Position numbers and translations under genes: made by a program | From: the human T2T-CHM13v2.0 reference genome, Homo sapiens | Length of the DNA stretch: 64,000 nucleotides | Reading direction: 5' to 3' (one strand) | Assembly (NCBI RefSeq): GCF_009914755.1 | Contig: NC_060927.1 | The notes under the pieces: generated by a model | Told to the model about the DNA's origin: nothing | Seen by the model: the letters and a program-made list of their open reading frames with translations, nothing else | Database searches by the model: none | In this document: positions 28,080 to 42,477 of the stretch, piece by piece | Numbering within the stretch: the stretch's first letter is position 1 | Layout of the letters: each line of letters starts with the position of its first letter

Positions 28080-28350
28080 AGCCACGGTGTCTCATGCCTA
28101 TAATCCCAGCACTTTGGGAGGCCAAGGCGGGCAGATCACTTGAGGCTGGGAGTTTGAGACCAGCCAGGCCAACATGGTGAAACTCCATGTCTACTAAAAA
28201 TGCAAAAAATTAGCTGGTGTGCACCTGTAGTCCCAGCTGCTTGAGGCTGAGGCACCAGAATCTCTTGAAACTGGAAGGTGGGGGTTGCAGTGAGCCAAAG
28301 TGGCACCACTGCTCTCCAGCCTGGGCAATAGAGCAAGACTCTGTCTCTTA
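28080..28350 (+). mobile_element. AluS
   Basis: Alu dimer. Confidence 0.92.
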
Positions 28351-30240
28351 AAAATACATATAATTTGCAGTTCTTAATTAAGAGATTTCTGCAGCTCATC
28401 TTCTTGAGTTCCAGGCTCCTTTCTATTAAGTAGTATTTACTTGGTTGCACGGGCCACGCCACTAAAACCATTTAGCCGATGCAAAGATGCATCTGCAAGG
28501 GCAAACTTTTTAGCTTACTACAGTTGCATGAGGATGGTATGGAAAAAAAAAAAGTCTTATTTTGGGGCCAGTGAGCCCTAATGAGCCCTTGCCTATATTT
28601 TGGTGATACTGTTTTTGGGAAAACAAAATCAGCCCCCACAAAGTTTGCCTCTTAAAGACACTAAGTAATAATAGGTTTGTTATTTTCTCACCTCATCCTT
28701 CCTCCAATACAGTAAGACAGACAAGAAGTATACAGCAGAATATAGACCCAAATTTGATAAGCACATTTCTGGAAAACATCAATACAGTTTGATGAAGAAG
28801 ATCAAGAAGTTTGGGAGAATTTTCCAAGTTACTAAGAACCTCCTACTTTTTCATCTGTAATATTGTATAATAGCACCCTGTTGAGGGGTGCTGTGGAAAT
28901 GGTAAAGCAGAAATTTATATTAACAGCCACATTCAAGTGCTGCCTAAATAGATAACATCTGCTGAGAGCTGAGCTAGTGCCAAGAAAATAATTTATATTA
29001 GATGGGAAAGAAAGCACCCCTCATCCTGGGACCCATAGACAAGCTCTGTAGTAATCACTTCCTGTGTGAGTCCAAAGTGGGTGGGATTAAAAGGCTTAAG
29101 GAAAACTTCCCTCTGGATTTCATGAAGAGCACCTTTCCTGATTCTCTTCCTTCAGCCTATGAGTTCCAGCATCTGATTGGACTTTGAACTTGTGGGGCAG
29201 TCCCAATCTTTAGAGCAAGAAAGAGACGAGGAGGCATTGTATAACTGTGGAGGAAAGATAACATGTCTTAGAGATGCAGCAAACTGGCAGTAGCCAAACT
29301 GGATATCTCTCTGTGTCTTCCATGTTGGAAGGTCTTGATCTGCAGTTTCTTTAGTGGTTTATACTTCAGGGTGCACAATGCGTAATACCAAGTAGAAGAC
29401 AAATAGGTTTATCCCTAGACTTTTAAACTTGGAGACGCCATTAGGAAGTTAAGACCTTTGGTTGAATCATAGCCTGGAGTAAAGTGCTGCCAGCAGCAAT
29501 GTCCTCCACCTTTCAGTCCTGGCTCTCCTGAGGCCGAGGAAACCCCATGGAAGCAGTCTGATCAACCTGCTTAGGAACTCGAGTAACAGGAACTGTTCTC
29601 TTAACCATTCCAGAAACGGGGTGGCTCTGATCATATGGAAGGGACAGTTCTAGTTTCAGTCATGATGGCAGTTAGCCAAAATAACTTGAGAAATATGGAG
29701 CTGTAATGCAGGCCTCTGTGTGTCACGTGTATGCCACCAGCCTGGCTCCACCTAATGGAATGGGTAATGACAGCTTGGAAAAAGGCAACCTCATTCGACC
29801 ACCTCCACACACCAGCTGCACTGGGTTTCTGAGGACTCCCCTTACCAAGCCAAAGGTCCATTTGGGAGAGAAACAAAGGCATGATCCTGCTGTACTAAAT
29901 CCAAGAGAGTCCTCAATTGTGGACTGTGATCACTTGACAAGCAAGAGGTAGCCAGGTGACATTGTGCTTGTCTGGGATCAAAGGGCCAAGGGAATCAGCT
30001 AGAATTAAGCAGGAGCAAAATTATATAAAGAGGCCTCAGCATTGAACACTCTTCACATAGTCATGTAGGCACTTAACTCCTTTTTATCTGGATAATGGAA
30101 GCATGGAAAAAAACCCCATAAATCAGAGGATTAGGCTATATTTCTTCCCTCCTGGAAAACCATTCAGAGTGGAATTAATACTGATGAGAGGAGAGAATGC
30201 CAGACTCCTCCAATGTTCCTTACCCAGCATTATTGTGTTA

Positions 30241-30641
<401 letters not shown>

Positions 30642-31147
30642 TCATGGGTCAGGTGGCTTACCTGGTAAGTCATCAGTCTGATTTTGAACCCACCACGGGT
30701 AGCAGTAGATCTGCTCTGGTATATAGATAGCTCTGCACCTGTGAACTGAGGGTGAGGGCCCTGATGCTGCATGATGCTGGATCTAGGTGCCTTCATCTCA
30801 AACTAGTGAACAGCCTACAGACATTTTTCATGCAAAAAGCAATGACATATATATAGGCACCATTCGTTCAAGGCACAAAAGAAGCTTAAAGCCCCCACAG
30901 GGAATCTAATTGATCTCAGGCCTCATGCTCAGGCTTCAACTGCAGCTCCCTGTTCTAGTCTAGAGGGTTTTGAAGGCCTCAGGTCTATAGAATGGTCCAG
31001 AAGGAGGCTAGCTTTAACCCCAGAGTTTGTCTCCATGTGTCCTTTACCCATTCTTACCAGGGTGCCAGACCCCAGACCCCACATCCCGAGTCCACTGGCA
31101 AGGAACAACATACTGTCTGGAAAGTAGAGAGAGAACTTTTTAAAAAT

Positions 31148-31457
<310 letters not shown>

Positions 31458-31739
31458 ATTTTTATTTTTAAATTTATTTTTCCCTTTTAATTTTAGTTGA
31501 CATGTAATATACATGTTTGTGGGATACAAAGTGATATTGCGATACATGTACACAATATAAAATCAAATCAGGGCGATTAGCATATCCATCACTTCAGACA
31601 TTTATCATTTCCTTGTATTGTGAGTATTTTAAATCCTCTTTTCTAGGTTATCCATGTCAGCCTAAATTTTGTGGGGAAGACATCACCAGACAAGGATTTG
31701 GTAGAAGGTATAATTCCTTGAAGTAAGAAAAGGCCAACC

Positions 31740-32040
31740 TGGGCGCGGTGGCTCACACCTGTAATCCCAGCATTTTGGGAAGCTGAAGCAGGTGGATCAT
31801 CTGAGGTCAGGAGTTCCAGACCAGCCTGGCCACCATGGTGAAACACCATCTCTATTAAAAATACAAAAATTAGCCAGGTGTGGTGGCACACTCAGGAAGC
31901 TGGGGCAAGCGAATCAGTTAAACCAGGGAGGCGGAGGTTGTAGTGAGCCGAGATCACATCACTGTACCCAGCCTGGGCGACAGAGCAAGACTGTGTCTCA
32001 AAATTAAAGTTAAAAAAAAAAGAAAAAAGAAAAAGAAAAG
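31740..32040 (+). mobile_element. AluS
   Basis: Alu dimer; TSD-like AAGAAAAGGCC. Confidence 0.92.
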
Positions 32041-34669
32041 GCCCACCCCCATAAACATCCACTCTTAGTGCATCACTGCCATTGACTTGTTAAAAAACGC
32101 AGAAAAGCTTAGCCCAATACTAGCATCAGGAAGAATAGTAAATGAGTGGCCAGACACACTGAATGGGAACCAGTAACAGCCCACTTGGTAGATGAAGTAT
32201 GTCGAAACGAAATATAGGGTACCCAGTGAATGATGCTATTACAGAAGAAATTGAAGGGGGACGGATTTCTGTAAGTATGCAGTCCTTTATCACCCCCTTG
32301 TGGCCACTTAAACAACTGGAAGGCTCCTAGCAGTTTACATGCATTATAAAGGTTTAAGTTGCAGTCATCATTAAAGCACCAGCTGACAGGTTTGATTTTG
32401 TCATCACTCAAATGTGATCCAGAAATTAATCTAGCCAAACATTTATTATTACAATTCATATAAATCAATTGCCATTTTTCTTTACCTGGGAGAGACAACA
32501 ATGTTTTCATGGTCTTGCCCTGGGGATATATAAAGCACCTCAGCTACTATCTACCACCGTGCTGTTAGAAGGAATTTAATTTAAATGTAAACAGAGACTT
32601 CTGTTTACAGCCTCCAGGGAATGAATGATTAAGCTAGAAAACAATCAAGACTCCTAAATTGTCGCTTGTTGAGAAACACAGTCTGGAATTTGCATACACA
32701 CACCCTAAATATTCAGTGCTCTCAATCTAAACCACTGTCTTAGGCCAATACAGAAGTTAATGTGCCTTTCACTTATGAGGTTGCCTAAAGGCTTTAGTCT
32801 GGGAAAAGCAGCGACAGGATTCCTTAAAACTCCTTAATGCCATTCCAGTAGACCTGAAGAACCCAGAACAGGACTCATTTGGAAAACTAATCATTAGGAA
32901 CGTACTCACTTGCAGAGCATCTGGCAGATCTCACCTGCACAGGTAGGGGAGGGCTAATGAGAGCTCAGTAGTAACCTGGAAATGGTGCTCTAGGGATTTG
33001 GTCCCACAGGAATCAACAGCAGCATCACCAGATGGGCCTCTGGTTAGAGATCCCCACAAGAGGTGTTAAGAGGTATAACTTAGGAAACTATCTCTTTAAC
33101 AACAGATCCTTTGGGCCTTTTTACATTTTTATCAAGCATTGCCCCTCATTTTCTCACTTCTCTTACATTAATAATAAAAATAGCTAATTCCTTTTCAACA
33201 CTTATATTGTAGGTCCTGCTCTGAGAATTCTACATGCATCAGCTCATATAATTCTTTTCACAGACATCATGACCCGGCATAGATTCCCTGGCTTACCATC
33301 ACAATCACACCCCTTGCAAATATCATCTCCCCTTGATCCTTTCTCCTTTTTTTTTTTTTTAATTCATTTGACAAAACCCCAATCCAATCCTTGTTCAACC
33401 TAACTATCTGCTCCACAACAGCACATAACACCTGGAGATAGCTGGGGGGTCGGGGGGTGGGGTAGGGAAGATGGCTTTTCTTTCTTCCTTTCCCTTTACC
33501 AGTCCCCCCTCCATCCTCCACTAAGCAAGATGAAGGCTTGGTCTTATCCGTCATTGAGATATTTGACCGTCTTCATTTTTCCACCTCCAAATCTACCCTT
33601 TGGAGGCAATGTTGCATACTCTGTCTTCTTTCCCATACAAGGCATGAAGTACACTTGCTCCACCCATCAAAACAAACCCCTCCATTTGTGTCCTGGGTAC
33701 CATCTCCTCTTCTCCATAAAATACCACTGTAATTATCTCCTTTCTTCTGAATCATCAATTTCTTCCTCTCTACTGGATCATTTTCATCAGATGGAAACAT
33801 CTAGTACTGCCCGTCTTTCAAGTAGAAGAAAAGAAAACCATTGATCTGACATTCCCTTCAGCAAACAAAGAAAGAGCCTGCTTCTTTACCCCCAAACTCT
33901 TTCCCCAGTCGGCCTCATCTAAGTAAATGGCACTGCCATCCATAGAATTGCTCAAACTTAAAACTTTATCTTTGAATTTTCCCTTCCTTTACTGCCTTTA
34001 CCCCGTCCTATCTAATGGGGTCTTAGTGTTTCTACTTGCAAAATGTATCATATCCATCCTTTCCCCTACCCCCAACTTCTGACTAGTACACCTGACAAGC
34101 ACCATTGTTTTGCACCCGGATTACTACAGTAGCTCTCCGGCTGGTCGTCTTGCATCCATTCACAACACAGAAGCCTGAGGATTCTCCAAAATTCACGTGA
34201 GATTATGTCAGTTCTCTGCATGAAATCTTCCGAAGGCTTCTCATTGCACTTAACATTAACTCCAAACATATTACAGTGGCTTACAGGATGCCACATCACC
34301 TGTTCCCTGCCTATCCCTTGTTCTTGCCATCTAGCCTCTGACTCTCCACTACACGACCAGACCCACTGGTCTTCAACCTTAAAGCATTTACACTACATGT
34401 TCAGTTGGTCCAGAATACTCTATCCTGCTCCCCATCTCCCTTCTTGTCCCTCAATTTCAGTTCAAACCTCATCTGAAGAAAGCCATCTCTGATCACCCAA
34501 TCTAAATAAGCCCCTCACCACCCATCTCCCTCAGCACCACCCATCTCAGCACCCTGTATTTTGTTTTCTTTATAATACTTATCTTTATTTAACAACATCT
34601 TGCTCATTGTTTTGCTAGTTTACCTTGCATCTCCCTACCACTAACATGTAAGGTATACAAGAGATACTT

Positions 34670-35190
34670 GTAGGCGATGCTGTCTGTGCCTCACCCATAT
34701 CCCTTGGCACTCACCTTTCCCACACATGTGCCCTGGATGCTCCAACTGCAAGCATCTGTGTCCAACTGCAAGCATTGTTTGAGGGCATTCCCTGGCCCCA
34801 GGAGCATGCAAGGGATGGAAATACTTGAGACTGGGGCAGGATGGAAATACCAAGGAGTTAACACCTGCCCCCTGCACCCCTCACACTAGCAACCTTCAAT
34901 CAATGGCAGGTGGAAATAGCTATATAATTATCCCAGCTCACTTACCCTCAGGTAAGAAAAGCATGGAAGCATGGTCTATACTGACTCCCAGGATTTCCCA
35001 GCAAGATTGGACCTCAGTTGCCAATAACAGTAACCTGTCAATAAAGTATCATTTATTGGCTCCCTTCCCTTCCCTTCTCTGTCTCATTTTCCCATACCTC
35101 CACCTATGCTTTCTGAGATCACCTCCCAAATAAACTACCAGCACTTACATCCTTATCATAGCCTTCTGGAGGAACCCAACTTAAGATACC
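34670..35190 (+). mobile_element. LTR16-like ERVL LTR within L2 sequence
   Basis: CCCAAATAAACTACC...GGAGGAACCCAACTTAAGA 3' end. Confidence 0.55.
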
Positions 35191-35906
35191 TTTGTACCTC
35201 CCAATCCAGTTTAGATCGGGGTATGAAATACAATAGGTGCTCAATAAATATTTGTTGAACAAATGAGTAAATCTCCCTCCCTGTGACCACCACTCACCCT
35301 TTGGGAAATTCCAGACTTATCTATTATACGTAACGTATCTGTGGGTCATTTTCCATTTTGAAGATATTTGGAGCCTGTGTATCTGAGGTGGGAAGAGAAT
35401 AGATATTTGTAATAGGATTGCTTGAACATAATTATTTCTGGTAAGCCCTTTCCTTACTCTTTATTTCATGCTTCTCCCCTGGAGTAGGGGAAGAAGAAGG
35501 GAATTCAGTTCCAGGAGAAAGGAAGCTGGAAAAATGAATGCCTGGAAGGGACATATTCTACCAGGGCCTTGGAAAGACTTGGGTTCTAGGCCCCTTTGCC
35601 CTTTGCTGATATTTTCCTAGTGGCCTAGCTTGCCCAGATGCTGGCTGAGACTTAGTTATCTTCTTATCACATCATTCTACATATGCAAGAAGTATCCATG
35701 GGGAAAAGGATGGATTATTTAGTTGAAGGTGTTAGGAAATTTGGCTCAATAAAGAAAAAGCTGGGTCCCTACTCCATACCACAAACACTAATGGATTACA
35801 ATGGATTAAAGACCTAATTGTGAAAGGCAAAACTATATAGGTTATCAAAGAAACCCAGAAAGATATGTTGTGACTGGGACAAAAAATAAGGTTAATTGGT
35901 CAAATA

Positions 35907-36198
35907 AGCTGGGTGCAGTGGCTCACACCTGTAATCCCAGTACTTTGTAAGGCAGAGGCAAGAAGATGGCTTATAGCCAGGAGTTCTAGGCCAGCCTGGG
36001 CAACAAAGCAAGACCTCGTCTCTATAAAAAAATTTAAAAATTAGCCAAGCATAGTGACACACACCTGTAGTCCCAGCTATGGGGAAGCTGAGGCAGGAGG
36101 ATTACTTGAGCCCAGGGGTTTGAAACTGCAGTAAGCTATTATCACACCACTACACTCCAGCCTGGGTGACAGAGTGAGACCCTGTCTCTGAAAAAATA
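35907..36198 (+). mobile_element. AluJ
   Basis: Diverged dimer. Confidence 0.92.
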
Positions 36199-36574
36199 AT
36201 ATGGTAAAATATACATAACATAAAATTTATCATCTTGACTTTTTTATTGCATATCACTCCTTTGTTATACTAAACTAGAAAAAAATGTAGTACAGTTATT
36301 CTGAAAAAGAATGCTGGGACCATGTGACAGGGCAAAGCAAGTAGAACACGATTAAGAAATCAGGCACAGTGAAAGACACATTTGGACATGCTCAAGGGGC
36401 ATTTCACTGCCACAAAACAAGGCAGGGGAGGGATTCTAAAATATACAGCAGAATGCACTTCTACCCTTAGAAGTCAAAAGGCGTATCCCATGTTGGTGTG
36501 AGGATTGGCTTACTTTCTGATGACCATACATGGGACTAACTATTTCAACTGCCACTAGAAACCCCAAAGTGGTT

Positions 36575-36872
36575 GTGTGTATGTGTATGTGTGTGTGTGT
36601 GTGTGTGTGTGTATGTATATAATATATATGTATATATATAGTGTGTATATACATACACATACACACAAATATATGCACACACATACATATATAGACAAAA
36701 TTTAAGTTTCTGTGTTGAATTATGTGTTAAGTTTGTGTTGCATTTACTTTTACAAACATATATGTACACATATGTGTTGCAATTATATATAATATCTGTA
36801 TTTTATATAGATAAAAATTATATATATTATATCTATATTTTATATATAGATATTATATATATAAATATGTGT
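36575..36872. repeat. Compound (TG)n/(TA)n/(CA)n microsatellite inside the pseudogene 3'UTR
   Basis: Directly visible dinucleotide arrays. Confidence 0.9.
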
Positions 36873-37367
36873 GAATGCAACACATAAACTTAATTGAAGA
36901 TTGATCCCAACCTTCTAAAGCCAGCTTCTGTGGTGTCAGGGAGGAAATAGTTGATTTTTTTTAACATTACTATGTAGGTTACATTTATCTTCCACTGAAA
37001 TGACTAACCCCACCGCCCAAGTCAGTGACCTAACCACAGAAGGGCACAGGACTGGCTCCTGGGGTCAAATAGGCACTCTTGCTTCATTGCTTCTTGCTTC
37101 TTCATTGGTCATGCCTTAGCATGGTTCCTCCCTCTCCCCTTCTCAAGCTGGTCCCTAGTAAACATAGCCCTGGCAAAACCTAGAGTTACTACCACTGAAC
37201 TCTCTTGGCTAAGAGAAGCCTTCCCTCAGTGTGGACTGAGAACCCATGCCCCAGAGACGCTATTCCAATCCAGCTGTATGAAGGGAGTGGGTGTAGGAGA
37301 TACAATGGCTGAAAGGAAAATGGAAGCCACTGGTCCCCCATCTGCAGCTACAACTTAAGATGACTAC

Positions 37368-37667
37368 GGCTGGGCACGGTGGCTCACAGCTGTAATCTCA
37401 GCACTTTGGGAGGCTGAGATGGGTGGATCACATGAGGTCAGGAGTTTGAGACCAGTCTGGCCAACATGATGAAACTTCATCTCTACTAAAAATACAAAAA
37501 TTAGCTAGGCATGGTGGCATATTCCTACTGTCCCAGCTACTCGGGAAACTGAAGCGGGAGGATCACTTGAACCTCAGAGGTGGAGGTTGCAGTCAGCTGA
37601 GATTGTGACACTGCACTCCAGCCTGGCTGACAAAGCGAGACCCCGTCTCAAAAAAAAAAAAAAAAAA
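37368..37667 (+). mobile_element. AluS inserted in the PGAM1 pseudogene 3'UTR
   Basis: TSD ATGACTA; pseudogene sequence is continuous across the insertion. Confidence 0.95.
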
Positions 37668-38396
37668 TGACTATGGTCAGTGTGACATATGCAGAAGTGC
37701 AGAGGAAGGGATGGGCAGAGAGGGCATTCCTTGGGACAGTAATCTATCTGCTGGCCTTTATTTCTTGACCTTGCTCCCAATAGCCATAGCTTCCATGGCT
37801 TTATGCACAGTCTCTTCATCCCCCCCCGGGAACTACATGGGCTTGGTGGGCTTCAAGTTCTTGTCCAATCTATAGACAATGGGAATACCAGCTGGCAGGT
37901 CCAGCTGCATGAAGCCTCTTCAGAGACACCCTCCAGATGCTCAACAATGCCCCGAAAACTGTTGCCATCAGCTGCAATCAGCACCCATTTCCCCTCCTTG
38001 ATCTAGGAGACTATCTCTTCTTTCTAAAAGGGCAGAGCTATGGCAGTAGTGTCCTTCAGACTTTCACAGGAGGGTAGCTGATCATTCTCACTGGTGTTGC
38101 CTTAGACGGGATGGTTGGGCTCCATCAGAGGTGATGAGACATCATAGGAGCACTTCCAGATCTTTACCAAGGCCTCCTCATGCTTGGCAGCAGCTTCTGC
38201 TTTATTAAGGCCAATTAGAACCCCATAGTGGCACTCGTTCCAAGTCCTCATTACAGGCATCCACATCTGGTCAATGGCATCCAGCACTGTGCAGATGGTC
38301 CAGATGGCTTTTTCTTCCACTGTCCAAGCCACCACGCCTCACAGAAAAGTATCAGGCTGATCAACCCAGATCCATCTAGGCCACTGCCACAAGGTC

Positions 38397-38945
38397 TTTT
38401 TAAACAGCTTTATTGAGATATAATTCACCTAGCAAAAAATTCAGCTATTTAAAGTGTACAGTCCAGTGTGGTTTTAGTATATTCCTAAAGTTGTACAACA
38501 TCATTACAATCAGTTGTGGAATATTTTCATCACCCCCCAAAGAAACGTTGTACCCATTAGCAGTCATTCCTCATTCACGTGTTTTCTTCTAGGAATGTAG
38601 TTTTAGGTCTTACATTTAAGTCTTTGGTCCAGTCTCAATTAACTTTTGTGTATTGGTATAAGGTAGGAATCCAAATTCATGCTTGTACATGTAGATAACC
38701 AGTTATTCCAGCACCATTTGTTAAAAACACTAGTCTTTCGCCCATTGGATCATCCTGGCACCCTTATTGAAAATCAATTGGCCGTAGATGAGAGTTTATT
38801 TCTGGACTTGCAATTCTATTTCATTGATCTGTTTATGTATCTTTATGCCAAAACCACACTGTCTTAATTACTGCAACTTTGTAGTGAGTTTGAAATTGGG
38901 AATGTGAGTCCTCTAACTGTTCTTTTCCAAGATTGTTTTGGCTTG
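38397..38945 (-). mobile_element. L1MB-like fragments
   Basis: CTTTATTGAGATATAATTCAC..TTAAAGTGTACA 3' end plus antisense ORF2-like sequence. Confidence 0.75.
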
Positions 38946-39394
38946 TCCATGTCTCTTCCAGTTCAGCTAGTTACAAAGTATCATTTTGCCTCTCATCTGA
39001 GGCTGTGTCCTGTACATAGGTTTTTCTCAGGAACCTTGTCGGGAGGTCTTGAATCAGGAGTGACTGAATGCCCTAGCCATCTTCCCAGCTCATGGTATCC
39101 CAATCTCATCTTTATACCAACGCTATAAACTACCTAGCCCAACTATGTCACTCAACCTGGCTCCTAAAATCCCAGCCTGAGCCAGAGTCCTTCTCCCCAA
39201 ATGCCTGAGGGCAGAGCAGCTCCACGATAAAACCCAAGTAAGCTCCCCGGGTGTTTGCAGTCTCACAATGATTGGGTTTTCCTCTGCTAGGAAAAGAGAG
39301 AGAATTTAAAAATATGTAAACGTAAACAACATTTATTTTGAAAATGTTTTCTTTTTCTTGTTTTTCTTGCTATGGGTTTCTATTAAATCTAAAT

Positions 39395-40540
39395 TAGTAT
39401 AAGAATCCTAGAAGAAAGCCTAGGAAATACCACGCTGGACATGGGCCTTAGGAAAGAATTTATGACAAAGTCCTCAAAAGCAATTGCAACAACAAAAAAA
39501 ATTGACAAATGAGAGGTAAAGAGCTTCTGCACAGCAGAGGAAACTGTTAGCAGAGTAAACAGACAAGACAACCTACAGAATGGAAGAAAATATTTGCAAA
39601 CTATGCACCCAGCAAAGGTCTAATATCCAGAATCTATAAGAAACTTAAATAATTAAACACGCAAAAAACAACAACAACAAAGAACTGCATTAAAAAATGG
39701 GCAAAAGACATGAGAAGACACTTTTCAAAAGAAGACATACAAGTGGCCAACAAACATGACAAAATGCTCAACGTCACTAATCATAAGAGAAATGCAAATC
39801 AAAACCACAATGAGATACCATCCCACCGCAGTCACAATGGCCATTATTAAAAAGTCAAAAAACAGCAGATGTTGGTGAGGCTGTGGAGAAACGGGAACAC
39901 TTATAATACTGTTGGTGGGAATGTAAATTAGTTTAACTACTGTGGAAAGCAGTTTGGAGATTTAAAACAGAACTACCATTTGACTCAGCAATCCCATTAC
40001 TGTATGTTCATTCAAAAGCAAGCAAATCATTCTACCGAAAAGACACATACACTCACATGTTCACTGCAGCACTATTCACAATAGCAAAGTCATGGAATCA
40101 ACCTAGGTGCCCATCAACAGTGGATTGGATAAAGAAAATGTGGCATATATACACCATGGAATACTATGGAGCCATATAAAAGAATGAAATCATGTCCTTT
40201 GCAACAACATGGATGCAGCTGGAGGCCATTATCCTAAGAAAATTAAAGCAGGAACAGAAAACCAAATACCACATGTTCTCACTTATAAGTGGGAGCTAAA
40301 CATCAGGTACTCATGGCATAATGATGGCAGCAATAGACACTGGGGACTACTAGAGTAGGGAGGAAGGGAGAAGGGCAAGGGTCAAAAAACTAACTGTTGG
40401 GTACTGTGCTCAGCACCTGAGTGACAGAATTATTTGTACCCCAAACTTCAGCATCACACAGTATACCCAGGTCACAAACCTGCACTTGTACCCCCTGAAT
40501 CCAAAATAAAAGTTGAATAGGAAAAAATAAAATGAAATAA
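39395..40540 (+). mobile_element. 5'-truncated L1PB/late-L1PA 3' end
   Basis: ORF2 C-terminal region and 3'UTR ending CCCCTGAATCCAAAATAAAAGTTG. Confidence 0.9.
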
Positions 40541-40559
40541 AGTTCTGTAATGATACTTT

Positions 40560-40910
40560 AACACAAACTTTTTCTGTAAATATTAATAGTAAATATTTTA
40601 GGCTCACAGGTTGTATGATCTCTGCTGCAAATACTCAACTCTGCCATTGAAGCAAGAAACTGCCATAGAGTATATAAATGAATGAATGTGGCTGTGTTCC
40701 AATAAAACTTTATTTATAGACACTAAAATTGCAATTTTATATAATTTTCAGATGTCACAAAATACTATTCACCTTTTGATTTTTTTTCACTAACCATTTT
40801 TAAATGGGGGATAATTCCTTTCTTAACTATAGTTAACTATACTTTTTGGACCACATGAAAACAATAGGTAGGACAGAATTTAGTCTGAGATCCACAGTTT
40901 TCTGACCCTG
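40560..40910. mobile_element. MER58-like hAT MITE
   Basis: CAAACTTTTTCTGTAAA...GGCTGTGTTCCAATAAAACTTTATT...CTGACCCTG. Confidence 0.65.
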
Positions 40911-42131
40911 GATTTAATGTGACACAGGAATCATGGCACTTGAAGGAACCACACACTGAACCAAGAACTTTTGATTAAGCAGCTCATTCCAATTAAAATA
41001 GTATTTGCAGCACCACAGTTGGCCTCAGGTTTTAACCTGAAGCCCCTAAAAGTAGGTTAGCCCAGTAACAGTGGATAAAAGCCTATTTAGAGAGACATTT
41101 CCAAAGCATGCCAGAGAGAGACCTGAGTTAGAGGCCACTTGGCCTTAAGGTCCTTGGATATTTTCCCCAGGTGGTCAGGGCCATGTTAGTACCTGTGTCC
41201 GAGGACCGAAATTGCCTCCATGGATTCCAGAGTTGCAACACACATCCTTGTTCAATTTAGAGAGGGAGAGAAAAAAATAAAACATCATTCAGAATTGCCT
41301 TTTTGACACAGGCAGTGTTGGTGTCATGAGGACTTTTTGCTAAAAGGCCTAGATTCTGTCCTGGCTCTGCTGTCAGCTCCTGTGACCAGGAGACGCTCTA
41401 AGCCCTGACTGCCCAGTCAAAATCCTGGTGCTGTTGATTTCTAGCTGTGCCATATTAGAAATCAAAAAGCCTCAGTTTGTTGATTTCTAACAAACTGAGA
41501 GATACCTCCATTTCCATATATATAAAGTGGAGATATATCTCCCAAGCCTCTGTTTCCATACCTATAAAGTGGAGATGATGATGATAGCCTCAGGGACTCA
41601 TTGTGGGGATTTTATTGCATAGTGCTTTGCACATAATATGCATTTAACAAATGTTAGCTTTTCATTATTACATATCAAGGGAGAAAACATTGGTCATGCT
41701 ATCTTTATGGAAATCAAAGAGGAAAGGATATGAAAATGTGAAAGGGTGAGATCTAATGTGGAATTTCAATCGTCTTTTTACAAGCAGAGCTGTGGAACCC
41801 TGGGACTAACCCTTTGTAGTTATAGCTCCATTTTTTTTTTTTGGCAACTTTTCTCTTTTTTTTTTTCTTGATCAGTGTTGCCAGAGGCTTATCAGTTTTT
41901 ATTCTTTCATCTTTTCAAAAAACCAACCTCTAGCTTTAGTGATTCTTCCTATTACATGCTTATTTTCTGTTTTATTAGTTTCTTCCCTTATGAGTTTTCT
42001 TCCTCCTACTTTCTTTGCATATTCTTTTTGTAACTTCTCAATTTAGTTGCTTAGCCCATTAACTTTTAACTTCTTTTCGAATGTAAGCACGTAAGGATGT
42101 AAATTTCCCTTGCGCAGCCTGCAGATTTTGA

Positions 42132-42477
<346 letters not shown>

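Larger units (their letters stand above)
36240..38322 (-). pseudogene. Processed phosphoglycerate mutase 1 (PGAM1) pseudogene, 5'-truncated; CDS remnant 38322-37758, then 3'UTR and poly(A) remnant (possibly PGAM1P3)
   Basis: Translation [47 protein letters not shown] matches PGAM1. Intronless, with stops and indels; 3'UTR similarity continues to ATTGCATATCACTCCTTT and a T-run at 36240-36245. Confidence 0.92.

Noticed and set aside
32109-32510. 133-aa minus-strand ORF
   Set aside because: No recognisable protein features or splice structure; likely chance.
40823-40841. 14-bp palindrome TTAACTATAGTTAA
   Set aside because: Product of a small tandem duplication within a MITE; no functional support.
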